Assembly: GCA_965218585.1 (NCBI GenBank)
Contig: CBDCLE010000001.1
Span: 128,001-192,000, forward strand
Source of the DNA: Terriglobia bacterium
Lineage (GTDB): Bacteria; Acidobacteriota; Terriglobia; 20CM-2-55-15
DNA: 64,000 bases
Direction: 5' to 3'
Every line of letters begins with the position of its first letter. The stretch's first letter is position 1. Made by a program: the position numbers and the translations under genes. The notes beneath the pieces were generated by a model, which saw only the letters and a list, made by a program, of their open reading frames with translations, was not told the origin of the DNA and did no database searches. Positions 19,616 to 29,223 of the stretch are shown piece by piece.

Positions 19616-20632
19616 ATGATTCGAATCACTGGAGTCCTATTGTTATTGGTCCTTGTCGGGCTGATGGTTCAGCCTGCCGAAGCCCGTCCAGAGTACTTTA
19701 TGCTGTTCCAGTCTGACCCACTCAAGAGTACCCCGCTGGAGAACTGCTCGATCTGCCACGACAACCCGGCCGGGGGCGGTCCGCGAAACGAGTTTGGTCA
19801 GTCGTTCGAAGCCGGGGGGTATCAGATCACTCCATTATTGCGAGCGAGCTGGCCAAGCCGATTCGAGGTTCCGACTATCGAAACCGGGAATATACCGGTC
19901 ATAGATGGGCCGAGCGTTCTGACCAGGGTCTTCCTGTCGGATCCCGACAGCGAACTGATCGTAGCCGAGTTTCAGGAGGTGGAAGATGCCGGGAGTCTGG
20001 CGCCCCCCACGCTGCAACTCGTCAGTTTGTTGGGCGGTCCAGTCGCCGGTGAAGATGTTGTACCCGAGAACGCCATGAGCTTCTTTATCACCAGTGCCGG
20101 CCCCGGAAACGGAGCAGACCTGGGAGGTCTGGCGGGTGCCGACGCGCATTGCCAGATGCTGGCTGAAGCGGCAGGGCATATGGGCAAGACTTGGCGGGCA
20201 TACCTCAGCACCAGCTTTGAGGGCGAGCCGGCGATCAATGCGGGCGACCGCATTGGCGGCGGCCCCTGGTACAACGCCAGTGGAATTCTTGTCGCCCAGG
20301 GAGTTCTGGATCTGCACAGCGACAATAACCGGTTGAGCAAAATGGGTTCGTTGAACGAAAGAGGCGAGGTGGTCAACGGCAGGGGGGACGATCCCAACCG
20401 GCACGACATCCTGACGGGATCTCTCGTAACGGGACTGGCTGGGGTCGACATGAACTGCAACAACTGGACCAGCAGCGGCGAGGGCAGTGCTCTTGTGGGA
20501 CATCATGACCGCGAAGGCGGAGGGGACGATGGCAGTTCCTGGAACTCTGCGCATCCCTCCAGAGGATGCAGCCAGACAGATCTGCAGGGATCTGGCGGTG
20601 ACGGCCTGTTCTACTGCTTTGCAGCTGATTGA
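19616..20632 (+). CDS. Secreted CxxCH heme domain fused to endostatin/C-lectin-fold domain
   Basis: CSICHDNPAGGGPRNEFG, then FFITSAGPG.GADLGGLAGADAHCQ...GHHDR...FYCFA. Confidence 0.8.
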   Translation: MIRITGVLLLLVLVGLMVQPAEARPEYFMLFQSDPLKSTPLENCSICHDNPAGGGPRNEFGQSFEAGGYQITPLLRASWPSRFEVPTIETGNIPVIDGPSVLTRVFLSDPDSELIVAEFQEVEDAGSLAPPTLQLVSLLGGPVAGEDVVPENAMSFFITSAGPGNGADLGGLAGADAHCQMLAEAAGHMGKTWRAYLSTSFEGEPAINAGDRIGGGPWYNASGILVAQGVLDLHSDNNRLSKMGSLNERGEVVNGRGDDPNRHDILTGSLVTGLAGVDMNCNNWTSSGEGSALVGHHDREGGGDDGSSWNSAHPSRGCSQTDLQGSGGDGLFYCFAAD

Positions 20633-20657
20633 GTCGCCTTAACGCGACGTCTTTTCC

Positions 20658-20690
20658 AAAAAGTCCCTGACCGGCAGGTCAGGGACTTTT
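20658..20690. terminator. Terminator hairpin (A-run and T-run, possibly bidirectional)
   Basis: AAAAAGTCCCTGACC-GGCA-GGTCAGGGACTTTT. Confidence 0.75.
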
Positions 20691-20696
20691 GTCATT

Positions 20697-20784
20697 AAAA
20701 AGGGATCAGAGCCCTATTTCACCATTTTTTCGATACAGTTATTTCAATCTGGAAAATAGGGAAATAGGGCTCTGACCCCTTTTT
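20697..20784. repeat. REPIN/MITE-like inverted repeat element
   Basis: AAAAAGGGATCAGAGCCCTATTTC ...40 nt... GAAATAGGGCTCTGACCCCTTTTT (23/24 match). Confidence 0.8.
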
Positions 20785-20861
20785 CATACTGTGGTTGGAC
20801 CTACTAACCGGGATGCTGTTGCTCTGATACAATCCGGGGGCTTTGAACAGGGAGGCAGAGT

Positions 20862-21935
20862 GTGAAATTCGGATACTTTACGTTGAGCGACAACGCCTAC
20901 CCCGACAGTTCCCGTTCCCCCGAGCAGTTCATTACCGAGATTCGGGAACAGGCGATTTACGCCGATCAGTTGGGAATGAACTCGGCCTGGATCGGAGAGC
21001 ACCATTTCGATTCACTCGGCGTCAACTCGCGTCCCGGCACCCTGCTTGCCAGCATCGTCCCGATTACGAAGAGTATCCGGCTGGCGCCGGCCGTTGCCGT
21101 ACTCCCTCTGCATCATCCTTTGGATATAGCGGAGGAATGGGCCACGATCGATCTGATTTCAGGTGGCCGTGTGGACTTTGCTGCAGGACGGGGATATGAC
21201 ACCCGGGAGTACGATCCCTTCGGTGCACCTTTTATGGATTCAAAGGCGATATTCGCCGAGGGCATCGATGTCATCCAGAAGGCCTGGAACTCACCGGGGC
21301 CCTGGTCGCATGACGGCAAGTACTTCCAGATTCCCGAAATGGAGATTACACCCAAGCCCGTTCAGAAACCTGTTCCTTTCTATCTTGGGAGTTTTTCTGA
21401 GACCAGCGTTGATATGGCCGCCGAGCGTGGCCTGAACATTATCTATGCACCGTTTGCGGCTGCGATGGTGTTCGGGAGTCTCGACCGGGCCGTCGAGATG
21501 TACCGGGAGAAGTGTGAAAGACACGGCCACACTCCGGGTCGCACGATATGCAGCTACTTCGTTCACTTTGCGGACACGCCTGAAGAGGACGAGCGTGGCC
21601 GCGAGTTCCAGATATCCTATTTCAAGAACTGTGCGCTGCCCGCCTTTCCGAAGAACCCGAAGAAGATGCCGCCCACGATGCAGTACTTCATCAAGATGTG
21701 CGACATCCTCGAGAACATGAAGAAGGAAGACCTGACCGACAAATCGATCCTCATCGGCCCTTCATCCAAAGTCATCGAGACACTCAAGCGCGTCGAAGCT
21801 GCAGGGATCAGTGAGGTTATTCTGTATTTCAACGTCGGAAACAAACCCCACCAACTGGTGAAGGATCAGATGGCCAAATTCATGGAAGAGGTTGCGCCGG
21901 CGTTCAGTGCGGTCACTGAGACGGCGGCGCGTTGA
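20862..21935 (+). CDS. LLM-class (luciferase-like) flavin-dependent oxidoreductase
   Basis: WIGEHHF, PLHHPL.IAEEWATID.ISGGR..F..GRGY, PKPVQKP. Confidence 0.92.
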   Translation: MKFGYFTLSDNAYPDSSRSPEQFITEIREQAIYADQLGMNSAWIGEHHFDSLGVNSRPGTLLASIVPITKSIRLAPAVAVLPLHHPLDIAEEWATIDLISGGRVDFAAGRGYDTREYDPFGAPFMDSKAIFAEGIDVIQKAWNSPGPWSHDGKYFQIPEMEITPKPVQKPVPFYLGSFSETSVDMAAERGLNIIYAPFAAAMVFGSLDRAVEMYREKCERHGHTPGRTICSYFVHFADTPEEDERGREFQISYFKNCALPAFPKNPKKMPPTMQYFIKMCDILENMKKEDLTDKSILIGPSSKVIETLKRVEAAGISEVILYFNVGNKPHQLVKDQMAKFMEEVAPAFSAVTETAAR

Positions 21936-21964
21936 ACAGCCGCCGCCCGTCAGACAGTGGTTTT

Positions 21965-22852
21965 TTAATCGATAGCGAAACAGTAGAACAATCCGTCTCC
22001 GCCCGTGCTTCTGAGATTTTCCTGACTGCAGCCTCTGGACGGATGGGCGGCGTTCCATTGGTCACGGTCGTGGTGGCCTACCATGGCCTGTCCCTCCTCG
22101 CCCCCGTTGGTCCAGTTTCCGCACGTTAAAGAATTGCCGTCGTCGTTCAGGTTTAACATATCCATCAATCCCCACGGCCACGCTGTCCCGTCGGTGCGTG
22201 TACCGGTCAGGATGTCGTGGCGGTTGACGTTGTCTCCGCCCCCGCTGACGATTTCACCGTTTTCGTCCAGTATCGTCTCTTTCCTGAGGTTATTGCTCGG
22301 GGAATGAAGCTGTTCGAGATTGTTAGAGATCATGATCCCCGCGGCGTTGTACCACGGTCCGATTCCGATCCGTTCGCGAGCGTGGACCGGTTCGGTTTCA
22401 CTCGAGATGCTCAGATAGGCGCGCCATGTCTTGTCGCCCGCGCTTACCGCCTGGGCCAACGTCTGACAGTGAGCATCGGCTCCCGTCAGACCGCCCAGGT
22501 CCCCTCCGCGACCGGGCCCTTCACTTGTCAGAAAGAAGCCGAAGCTTTCGGGAAGCGATCTTTCTGCATCGGTCCGCGCACCTGCTTCCGCAGCGGCGGC
22601 GACAAACATGTCGGGAAACTGTTCTCGCAGCTCGGGTGTTATGGAATAACCGGCGTTCTCGAAACCGCGACCGAATGCGTTGCGGGGGCCGCCACCTCCG
22701 GGATCCTGATGGCAGACGCTGCAACCGTCAATGCCTGGACGCCGCATGGGGTCGATCAAATACTCATCGAGGAATTCTGGAAACGCCGAGGCAGGGAGAG
22801 CCATCGACCCAAGAAAGAGCAGCAACATGAAAACCCGGCTTGTTCTAATCAT
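21965..22852 (-). CDS. Secreted CxxCH heme domain fused to endostatin/C-lectin-fold domain (paralog of 19616)
   Basis: CSVCHQDPGGGGPRNAFG, FFLTSEGPGRGGDLGGLTGADAHCQ, GHHDR, FYCFAID. Confidence 0.8.
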   Translation of the reverse strand: MIRTSRVFMLLLFLGSMALPASAFPEFLDEYLIDPMRRPGIDGCSVCHQDPGGGGPRNAFGRGFENAGYSITPELREQFPDMFVAAAAEAGARTDAERSLPESFGFFLTSEGPGRGGDLGGLTGADAHCQTLAQAVSAGDKTWRAYLSISSETEPVHARERIGIGPWYNAAGIMISNNLEQLHSPSNNLRKETILDENGEIVSGGGDNVNRHDILTGTRTDGTAWPWGLMDMLNLNDDGNSLTCGNWTNGGEEGQAMVGHHDRDQWNAAHPSRGCSQENLRSTGGDGLFYCFAID

Positions 22853-23046
22853 TTAGTCACCTTCATTAAGTAATCGCCCAGTGCCGTTTTCTAAAGACGT
22901 AGTTTACGTCCCTATGAGAACGGAGGCAACAGACTGCCAATTCCTCTATTCAATCCGTTGTTGGATTTGAGGTATAGATCGTGCAGGATAGCCTCACAGG
23001 AATCGAAGACAGGGGCTATCGGACCATCTCGAAGGTGACCTGGCGA

Positions 23047-24141
23047 ATGAAAAAAACGTGTCTTTTTGTCGTGCTGATTTTGAGCACGGGCCAGTTCGTG
23101 CCCACCGGGGCCCAGGAAGGCGGGCCGCCTCCTCTCGGGTTACCTCAGGTCGCAGATATCAATACCCGTCTGGTCGAAGCTGCAACTCGCGGAGAGAGCG
23201 CAGAGGTGGCCCAGCTGCTGGCGGATGGGGCCGGGGTCAACTCGCTGAATCCGAGCGGTTACACCGTACTCCTGCTGACTGCTCTGGAAGGCCACACCGA
23301 AACCATGCAGGTGTTGATTGACGCCGGTGCCGATCTCGAAGCCCGGGATGACAACGGATCGACCTTGCTGATTCCGCTGGTTGCCGAAGGTCGGATCGAT
23401 TCGATCCAGACGCTTCTCAACGCTGGAGCCAAAGTGGATGCTCCCGATGCGAACGGTGCGACGGCCCTGATGGTTGCGTCATTCCACGGGTTCTCCGATG
23501 TAGTGGAGGTCCTGCTCGACGCCGGGGCAAGTGTCGAGGTCGAAGACTTCAATGAAGCAACGCCGTTGTTATGGGCTGCGTCACGGGGTGAGGCGAAGAC
23601 GATCCGTTTGTTGCTTGATGGCGGTTCCAACATCGACGAAGCCGATGTCTATGGCTGGACGGCTGCAATGGTCACGGCGATTCAAGGTCGGACGGAAGGC
23701 CTTCAACTCCTGATCGATGGAGGTGCTGATCTCGGCATTCGAAACAACGGTGGAGGTACGGCTCTGATGGGTGCTGCTCTGGAGGGCCTTGCAGACTCCC
23801 TTCAGACACTCCTCGATGCAGGCGTCGACCCGAACGTGGCTGACGAGGATGGGATCACTGCATTGATGTGGTCTGCTTCGGAAGGGCACCTCGAGAGCCT
23901 CGACTTGCTGCTTGGCGCCAGTGCGAACGCAAACGCGGTTGCGGCGGACGGCGGGACGGCAATGGTGATGGCTGCAGCCGAAGGACATACGGAAGTGGTC
24001 GGGCGACTGCTGGGTGCCGGAGCCGATGTCAATGCCCGAACTCGGGACGGCGGGACGGCGCTGGGCGCGGCCCTGGCGGGTGGGTACACGGAGATCGTGA
24101 TCATGTTGCGGCGTTCCGGAGCCACCCAGCCGGCACGATAG
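23047..24141 (+). CDS. Secreted ankyrin-repeat protein
   Basis: MKK signal peptide, about 10 ankyrin repeats (G.TALM.A...G). Confidence 0.9.
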   Translation: MKKTCLFVVLILSTGQFVPTGAQEGGPPPLGLPQVADINTRLVEAATRGESAEVAQLLADGAGVNSLNPSGYTVLLLTALEGHTETMQVLIDAGADLEARDDNGSTLLIPLVAEGRIDSIQTLLNAGAKVDAPDANGATALMVASFHGFSDVVEVLLDAGASVEVEDFNEATPLLWAASRGEAKTIRLLLDGGSNIDEADVYGWTAAMVTAIQGRTEGLQLLIDGGADLGIRNNGGGTALMGAALEGLADSLQTLLDAGVDPNVADEDGITALMWSASEGHLESLDLLLGASANANAVAADGGTAMVMAAAEGHTEVVGRLLGAGADVNARTRDGGTALGAALAGGYTEIVIMLRRSGATQPAR

Positions 24142-24230
24142 TTGACAGTGCTGCCGGTGTAAATCGAAGAGTTTCGTTATTCTTTCACGAAAAGAGCAAC
24201 TGCACGACCTGATATTAAGGAGATTAAGTC

Positions 24231-26135
24231 ATGAGTTTACGATGGACCCCTATCCTGATCCTCGCTGTCACGTTGACAGCCTTGAACCCCGGATCAGGTC
24301 AGGCGCAAAATTTCGATTGGCCGATGTACAACTTCGACCTTTCCGGTACTCGGCATTCCCCTCTAAGGGAAATCAATACGGGCAACGTCGGAGACCTGGA
24401 GCAAGTCTGGTCTTTTAACATCGGCCGGGCCGCCAGCACGGGCGGACTGACGGGAGGTTCAGAGGTGACTCCCATCGTCGTGGATGGCGTGATGTTCCTG
24501 CCAATGGCAGATTCTGTCGTTGCGCTGGATGCGGAAACCGGGGACGAGGTATGGACGTACCAGATGTCGATCGATGAGCCGCCCTCGCGTCGCGGAGTGG
24601 CTTACTGGGGCGGCGATGGCGATGCTGCTGCCCGGATCTACGTGACTTCGGGGAGCCGACTGATCGGGCTGAGTGCATTCACGGGCGAACCCACCGCAAA
24701 TTTTGGTGACGGTGGCATCGTGGATATGGTCCAGGCCTACAACGGCGTTCCCGCCGTTTTCGAAAACCGCATGCTCGTGGGCACCAACGGTGTTCCGGGA
24801 GCGGTCCGCACCTTTGATGCCGTCACCGGAGATCTGGTCTGGGAATTCCGTTCTGTTCCGCAGCCGGGTGAGTTCGGAAACGATACCTGGGAAAACGAGA
24901 GTTGGCGGGATCGGACGGGCACCTATGCTTGGGCTTTTGCTCCGACCATGGACCTTGAGAGAGGTATATACTACGCGCCGTTCGAGACGGCGGGACCTAT
25001 CGATTACTGGGGCGGGGACCGCCATGGCGACAACCTGTTCGCAGGTTCGATCGTGGCGCTGGACATTCGAACCGGAGAACGCTTGTGGCATTTCCAGCAT
25101 GTGCACCACGATCTCTGGGATTACGACCTGCCGTCGTCTCCCACGCTCCTCGATGTGATCGTCGATGGAGAAGTCGTCCCGATTCTCGCGCAGACCGCCA
25201 AGACCGGCTACATGTACATCCTGAATCGAGTGACGGGTGAACCTGTATTCGGCATCGAGGAAGTTCCGATGCCCCCGACATCGGTTCCCGAAGACCTGGC
25301 TTCTCTGACGCAGCCGATTCCGGTGAAACCGCCACCATTGGCGCGGGTCAGCTACAGTCCCGAAGATCTCGTGACGGCCGAGGACACCAACGCCGAGCAT
25401 GCTGCTTTCTGTGCGGAGTTGGTGGAACGCAGCGGAGGGTTCTATAACGTAGGGCCGTTCACGCCATACGTGTTTCGCGAAGACGGCGCACCCCCTTATT
25501 CCACCGTCATTTTCCCCGGTTCGGTCGGTGGAGCCAACTGGGGAGGTAATACTGCAGATCCTGGACTGGGTTACGTCATCGTTAACACGATGAGTGAAGC
25601 CAGCTTTGGGTGGATTGAAAGGAGTCCCGAAGGCGCTCGCGTGCCCTATCGGCGGAACAGCATCGTCGGCCGGACTTCACGGTTCCAGTGGTTCGACAAT
25701 ACGCCCGACTCGGGCGGCAACATCGTCGGGGCAGGGGAGATGGGCTGGCCGTGCCAGAAGCCACCCTGGGGTGAACTCGTTGCTGTCGATGCCAACACAG
25801 GCGACATCGCGTGGAGAGTTCCGCTGGGTATCACCGAGGAGCTCGAAGGCGATAAGCAGAAGACGGGCCGATTGAATTTCGGTGGTCCGATGTCTACCGC
25901 GGGCGGCCTCGTGTTCATCGGGGCCAGTAACGACCGGCGCTTCCGGGCGTTCGACACCCGCACAGGAGAAGAACTCTGGACCCAGTCTCTTGTGATGAGT
26001 GCCCACGCTGTTCCGATCTCCTACGCCGTTAACGGCAAACAGTACGTGGCCGTTGTCGCCGGCGGGCAACGAGGCGACGTGGATGACCCCGGCCCGGAAG
26101 GGGCCGAGGCGGTCGTCGTTTTCGCACTGCCCTAA
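24231..26135 (+). CDS. Periplasmic PQQ-dependent dehydrogenase (paralog of 16732)
   Basis: HHDLWDYD, TQPIPVKPPPLARVS, KPPWGELVAVDANTG; RBS AAGGAG. Confidence 0.9.
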   Translation: MSLRWTPILILAVTLTALNPGSGQAQNFDWPMYNFDLSGTRHSPLREINTGNVGDLEQVWSFNIGRAASTGGLTGGSEVTPIVVDGVMFLPMADSVVALDAETGDEVWTYQMSIDEPPSRRGVAYWGGDGDAAARIYVTSGSRLIGLSAFTGEPTANFGDGGIVDMVQAYNGVPAVFENRMLVGTNGVPGAVRTFDAVTGDLVWEFRSVPQPGEFGNDTWENESWRDRTGTYAWAFAPTMDLERGIYYAPFETAGPIDYWGGDRHGDNLFAGSIVALDIRTGERLWHFQHVHHDLWDYDLPSSPTLLDVIVDGEVVPILAQTAKTGYMYILNRVTGEPVFGIEEVPMPPTSVPEDLASLTQPIPVKPPPLARVSYSPEDLVTAEDTNAEHAAFCAELVERSGGFYNVGPFTPYVFREDGAPPYSTVIFPGSVGGANWGGNTADPGLGYVIVNTMSEASFGWIERSPEGARVPYRRNSIVGRTSRFQWFDNTPDSGGNIVGAGEMGWPCQKPPWGELVAVDANTGDIAWRVPLGITEELEGDKQKTGRLNFGGPMSTAGGLVFIGASNDRRFRAFDTRTGEELWTQSLVMSAHAVPISYAVNGKQYVAVVAGGQRGDVDDPGPEGAEAVVVFALP

Positions 26136-26147
26136 CTACCGGACTCA

Positions 26148-26182
26148 GAAGAGGGAGAGACGTCGTCTCTCCCTTTTTCTTT
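26148..26182 (+). terminator. Terminator hairpin
   Basis: AGGGAGAGAC-GTC-GTCTCTCCCT followed by T-rich tail. Confidence 0.65.
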
Positions 26183-26193
26183 GGAACACCTTT

Positions 26194-27228
26194 ATGGGCG
26201 CGACTCTCTTCCCAACATCCCTGGTCGGATCGTACGCGCAACCGGATTGGTTGATCGATCGCGAGAAGCTGGCCGGACGTTTCCCTCCCCGGGTCCGAGC
26301 CTCTGAGCTCTGGCGTGTGGATCCGAAGTGGCTTGAAGAGGCTCAGGACGATGCGACGCTGCTGGCGATCCGTGACCAGGAACGTGCGGGCCTCGACATC
26401 ATCACGGACGGCGAGATGCGGCGGGAAAGCTACTCGAACCGTTTTGCAACAGCGTTGGAAGGCGTCGACATAGATAATCCGGGGACTGCTCTCGACAGAA
26501 GAGGCCATCCCAATCCTGTCCCCCGAGTGACGGGGAAGATCCGAAGAAAGCATCCTGTCCAGCTTCGTGACGTTCGATTCTTGAGAGCCAATACTGATCG
26601 CATGGTGAAAGCGACCGTGCCCGGTCCGTTTACGATGTCGCAGCAGGCCCAGAACGACTTCTACCCAAGCAAAGAAGAAATGTCCCTGGATTATGCCGCT
26701 GCCGTGAACGAAGAGATCAATGATCTTTTCGAAAGCGGTGCCGACGTGGTCCAGATTGACGATCCTTACATGCAGGCCCGTCCGGACGAGGCCCGTGAGT
26801 ATGGTCTGAGCGCGCTCAATCGAGCCCTGGACGGTGTGAAGGGGAAGACGGCGGTCCATCTCTGCTTTGGCTATGCGGCGATCATCCATGAGAGGCCGGA
26901 AGGTTATTCTTTTCTACCGGAGCTGGCCGGGGCGAGGGCAGATCAGATCTCGATCGAAACGGCGCAGTCTTCTCTGGACTGCAAGGTCCTGCGGACCCTC
27001 CCAGAAAAGACGATCATCCTGGGAGTGATTGATCTTTCGACCCAGGAAGTTGAAACGCCTGAGGTTGTCCGAGGACGCATCCGCCGGGCTTTGCCTTACG
27101 TGGACAGCGACCGCCTCATCGTGGCTCCGGATTGTGGAATGAAGTATCTGGGGCGAGCATCCGCTTTTGCGAAGATGCAGGCGATGGTCGCCGGTCGGAA
27201 CCTTGTCCGGTCCGAACTGGGCGGCTAG
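26194..27228 (+). CDS. Single-domain cobalamin-independent methionine synthase family (MetE-like/CIMS) Zn thiol transferase
   Basis: VGSY..P, GLDIITDGEMRR, HLCFG, ISIE, APDCG; start at ATG 26194. Confidence 0.85.
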   Translation: MGATLFPTSLVGSYAQPDWLIDREKLAGRFPPRVRASELWRVDPKWLEEAQDDATLLAIRDQERAGLDIITDGEMRRESYSNRFATALEGVDIDNPGTALDRRGHPNPVPRVTGKIRRKHPVQLRDVRFLRANTDRMVKATVPGPFTMSQQAQNDFYPSKEEMSLDYAAAVNEEINDLFESGADVVQIDDPYMQARPDEAREYGLSALNRALDGVKGKTAVHLCFGYAAIIHERPEGYSFLPELAGARADQISIETAQSSLDCKVLRTLPEKTIILGVIDLSTQEVETPEVVRGRIRRALPYVDSDRLIVAPDCGMKYLGRASAFAKMQAMVAGRNLVRSELGG

Positions 27229-27245
27229 ATTCAGGACACTGGAAT

Positions 27246-28214
27246 CTACTCTGGAGGCGCGACGTTGTATCGTCGCGCGCGCTCCAGGATTTCCTCGTTG
27301 CGGGTGATCTGTCGGCCGATCTCACGTGGCAACTGATTTTGTCCCACGGTTTCCGCCATAGTTCCCGTCGTCTTCAACTCTTCGAGCGCGTTGTGCATAG
27401 CTCCCCGTGCGATGTTCTGCAGGAAGTTTGCGTACAGGGCAATCGTGACGCCGGCGTCGGCAGCGGCCGACATGGGTGTGTTAGCCCCCATTGGACCCAT
27501 CATCGCCGTATCGATCGCGTTTACCGCGCGGCCATAGTCGGCCAGCCCCAGGCCCGCAAGGAACAATGCCTCGGCACCCGCTTCGGCATAGGCCGCTCCC
27601 CGGTCGAATGCTTCCGTCTCAGATCTTCCCGCAGCTAGCGCATCCGAGCGGGCGACGATCACCATATCGGAACGCGCGTCGACGGCGGCTCGAATCCGGT
27701 CCACCATCTCCCCCGTCGGAATGACATCGGCGCTCTGGCCGATTCTTTTGGCCCGAATCCGATCCTCGAACATTACGGCTCCGACTCCGGCTCGTTCGAA
27801 CTCACGCGTGGTGCGGTACACGGTGAGCGGACTGCCTCCTCCGTTATCAGCGTCGGCCAGCATCGGAATGTCGATCTGGTCCACGGCGCGCGAGGCGTAC
27901 TCGATGAGTTCGGTAAAAGAGGTCAGGCCCCAATCCGGATAACCGTTCTCGATGCCGGCCGCTGTCCCGCCCACGAATACGGAAGGGAAGCCCGCGATAT
28001 CGACCAGGCGCGCCGATTGGCCATCGTAGACGGCGATGCATTCGAACGGAGCGTTTCTGCCAAGCAGCTGGCGAAACCGGCCGCCCATCGATGTTGCCCG
28101 GTCCGCTTGAGGATGCGGTCCGAAACGGGCCTCTGAGATGCGTGGAATGGCGGCTATCGCCGCAGCGATTCCACTCAATTGAATGAAGTCTCGCCTGCTT
28201 TTCTTCTGACTCAT
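27246..28214 (-). CDS. Isocitrate lyase/PEP mutase superfamily protein with Tat signal
   Basis: SRRDFIQL leader; YDGQSARL, GYPDWG, LADADNG, FED, VARSD, AEAGAE. Confidence 0.85.
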   Translation of the reverse strand: MSQKKSRRDFIQLSGIAAAIAAIPRISEARFGPHPQADRATSMGGRFRQLLGRNAPFECIAVYDGQSARLVDIAGFPSVFVGGTAAGIENGYPDWGLTSFTELIEYASRAVDQIDIPMLADADNGGGSPLTVYRTTREFERAGVGAVMFEDRIRAKRIGQSADVIPTGEMVDRIRAAVDARSDMVIVARSDALAAGRSETEAFDRGAAYAEAGAEALFLAGLGLADYGRAVNAIDTAMMGPMGANTPMSAAADAGVTIALYANFLQNIARGAMHNALEELKTTGTMAETVGQNQLPREIGRQITRNEEILERARRYNVAPPE

Positions 28215-28216
28215 GG

Positions 28217-29017
28217 TTACGGTCCCTCCGTTAATAAGAGATGTGCCTCGACCTCAAGCCGGACCATCCTAACATGGCTCCTGCCCGCTTCATCCAGGGG
28301 GACAGTTTCCAGATATGCGTCGACGCATTCAGCGACAAACCTGTCCCGGAGTTCCTCAGGGACCTGTTGTGTATAAGGGATCCACGTCGTCCGGATCCAT
28401 CCCGCCAGGCCGTCGCGGCCGGGATGGGTCATGTCCTTTTCGACAAGATCTAAATGTGTCGCTGTGAAACCTGCTTGAGCCAGCCAGTGTTCATAGTCTG
28501 TTGTCGAATAGAAGTAGTACGGGAAGGTAAAACTCTCGAAGTAGTTCGTCCATGGTTCACTTTGGACGATCTCCTCTATTACTGCGGCAACGCCTGACGC
28601 ATTTCCTTCTCCTCCACACGAAACAATCAGTCTGCCTGCCGGTCCGAGGAGGCGAGCAACTCCTTCGAGAAACGCCGTGTGGTCGTCCACCCAGTGGAGT
28701 GCGGCGTTAGAGAACACGACGTCAAACCTTCGATCGGAGGCCAGGTTGCGAGCATCCATCTGTTCGAAGCGAAGATTGGAAAAAGCTTCGGGCGGATAGT
28801 GCTCCGTGGCGTACCGAACGAAGGCCGAACTGCGATCGATTCCGAGAACGAAACCCTCAGGTACGGCTTCGGCAAGTTCGGACGTTACGCCTCCGTTTCC
28901 ACACCCAACGTCCAGGACCGTTTCATTTCCAGAGAGTTGAAGACGGGAAATGAGTTCTCGTGCCCATTCCATCTGGGCACGGGAATTTCGGGCGTAGTCT
29001 TCAGGGTTCCACTCCAC
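28217..29017 (-). CDS. Class I SAM-dependent methyltransferase (trans-aconitate methyltransferase-like)
   Basis: WNP.DY...S..Q, LDVGCGNG, FDVVFSNAALHW. Confidence 0.88.
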   Translation of the reverse strand: MEWNPEDYARNSRAQMEWARELISRLQLSGNETVLDVGCGNGGVTSELAEAVPEGFVLGIDRSSAFVRYATEHYPPEAFSNLRFEQMDARNLASDRRFDVVFSNAALHWVDDHTAFLEGVARLLGPAGRLIVSCGGEGNASGVAAVIEEIVQSEPWTNYFESFTFPYYFYSTTDYEHWLAQAGFTATHLDLVEKDMTHPGRDGLAGWIRTTWIPYTQQVPEELRDRFVAECVDAYLETVPLDEAGRSHVRMVRLEVEAHLLLTEGP

Positions 29018-29032
29018 GTTGCGAGATTATGG

Positions 29033-29122
29033 AAAAAGTGGGGACAGGTCACTCTTTTTGCGTTTCCCTCGGACACCAACCAGATCCCGTCGGGCAAAAA
29101 GAGTGACCTGTCCCCACTTTTT
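29033..29122. repeat. REPIN/MITE-like perfect 29-bp inverted repeat
   Basis: AAAAAGTGGGGACAGGTCACTCTTTTTGC ...32 nt... GCAAAAAGAGTGACCTGTCCCCACTTTTT. Confidence 0.85.
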
Positions 29123-29223
29123 GTGTGGCCCGTGACCCTGCCATATTCCCATCCGAGGTTGACGCAAGTTATACTCGACGACTGCGTTACACGTCGTATT
29201 CGTAGTGTGTTGGGAGAGTCCAG

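Noticed and set aside
13419-22852. Lectin-fold genes as diversity-generating retroelement targets
   Set aside because: No reverse transcriptase and no template repeat with adenine-specific mismatches seen; the paralogs differ throughout.
16732-26135. WD(F/Y)D motif as evidence of lanthanide dependence
   Set aside because: The DxD is also standard in the glucose dehydrogenase branch (HHDLWDxD), so it is not diagnostic.
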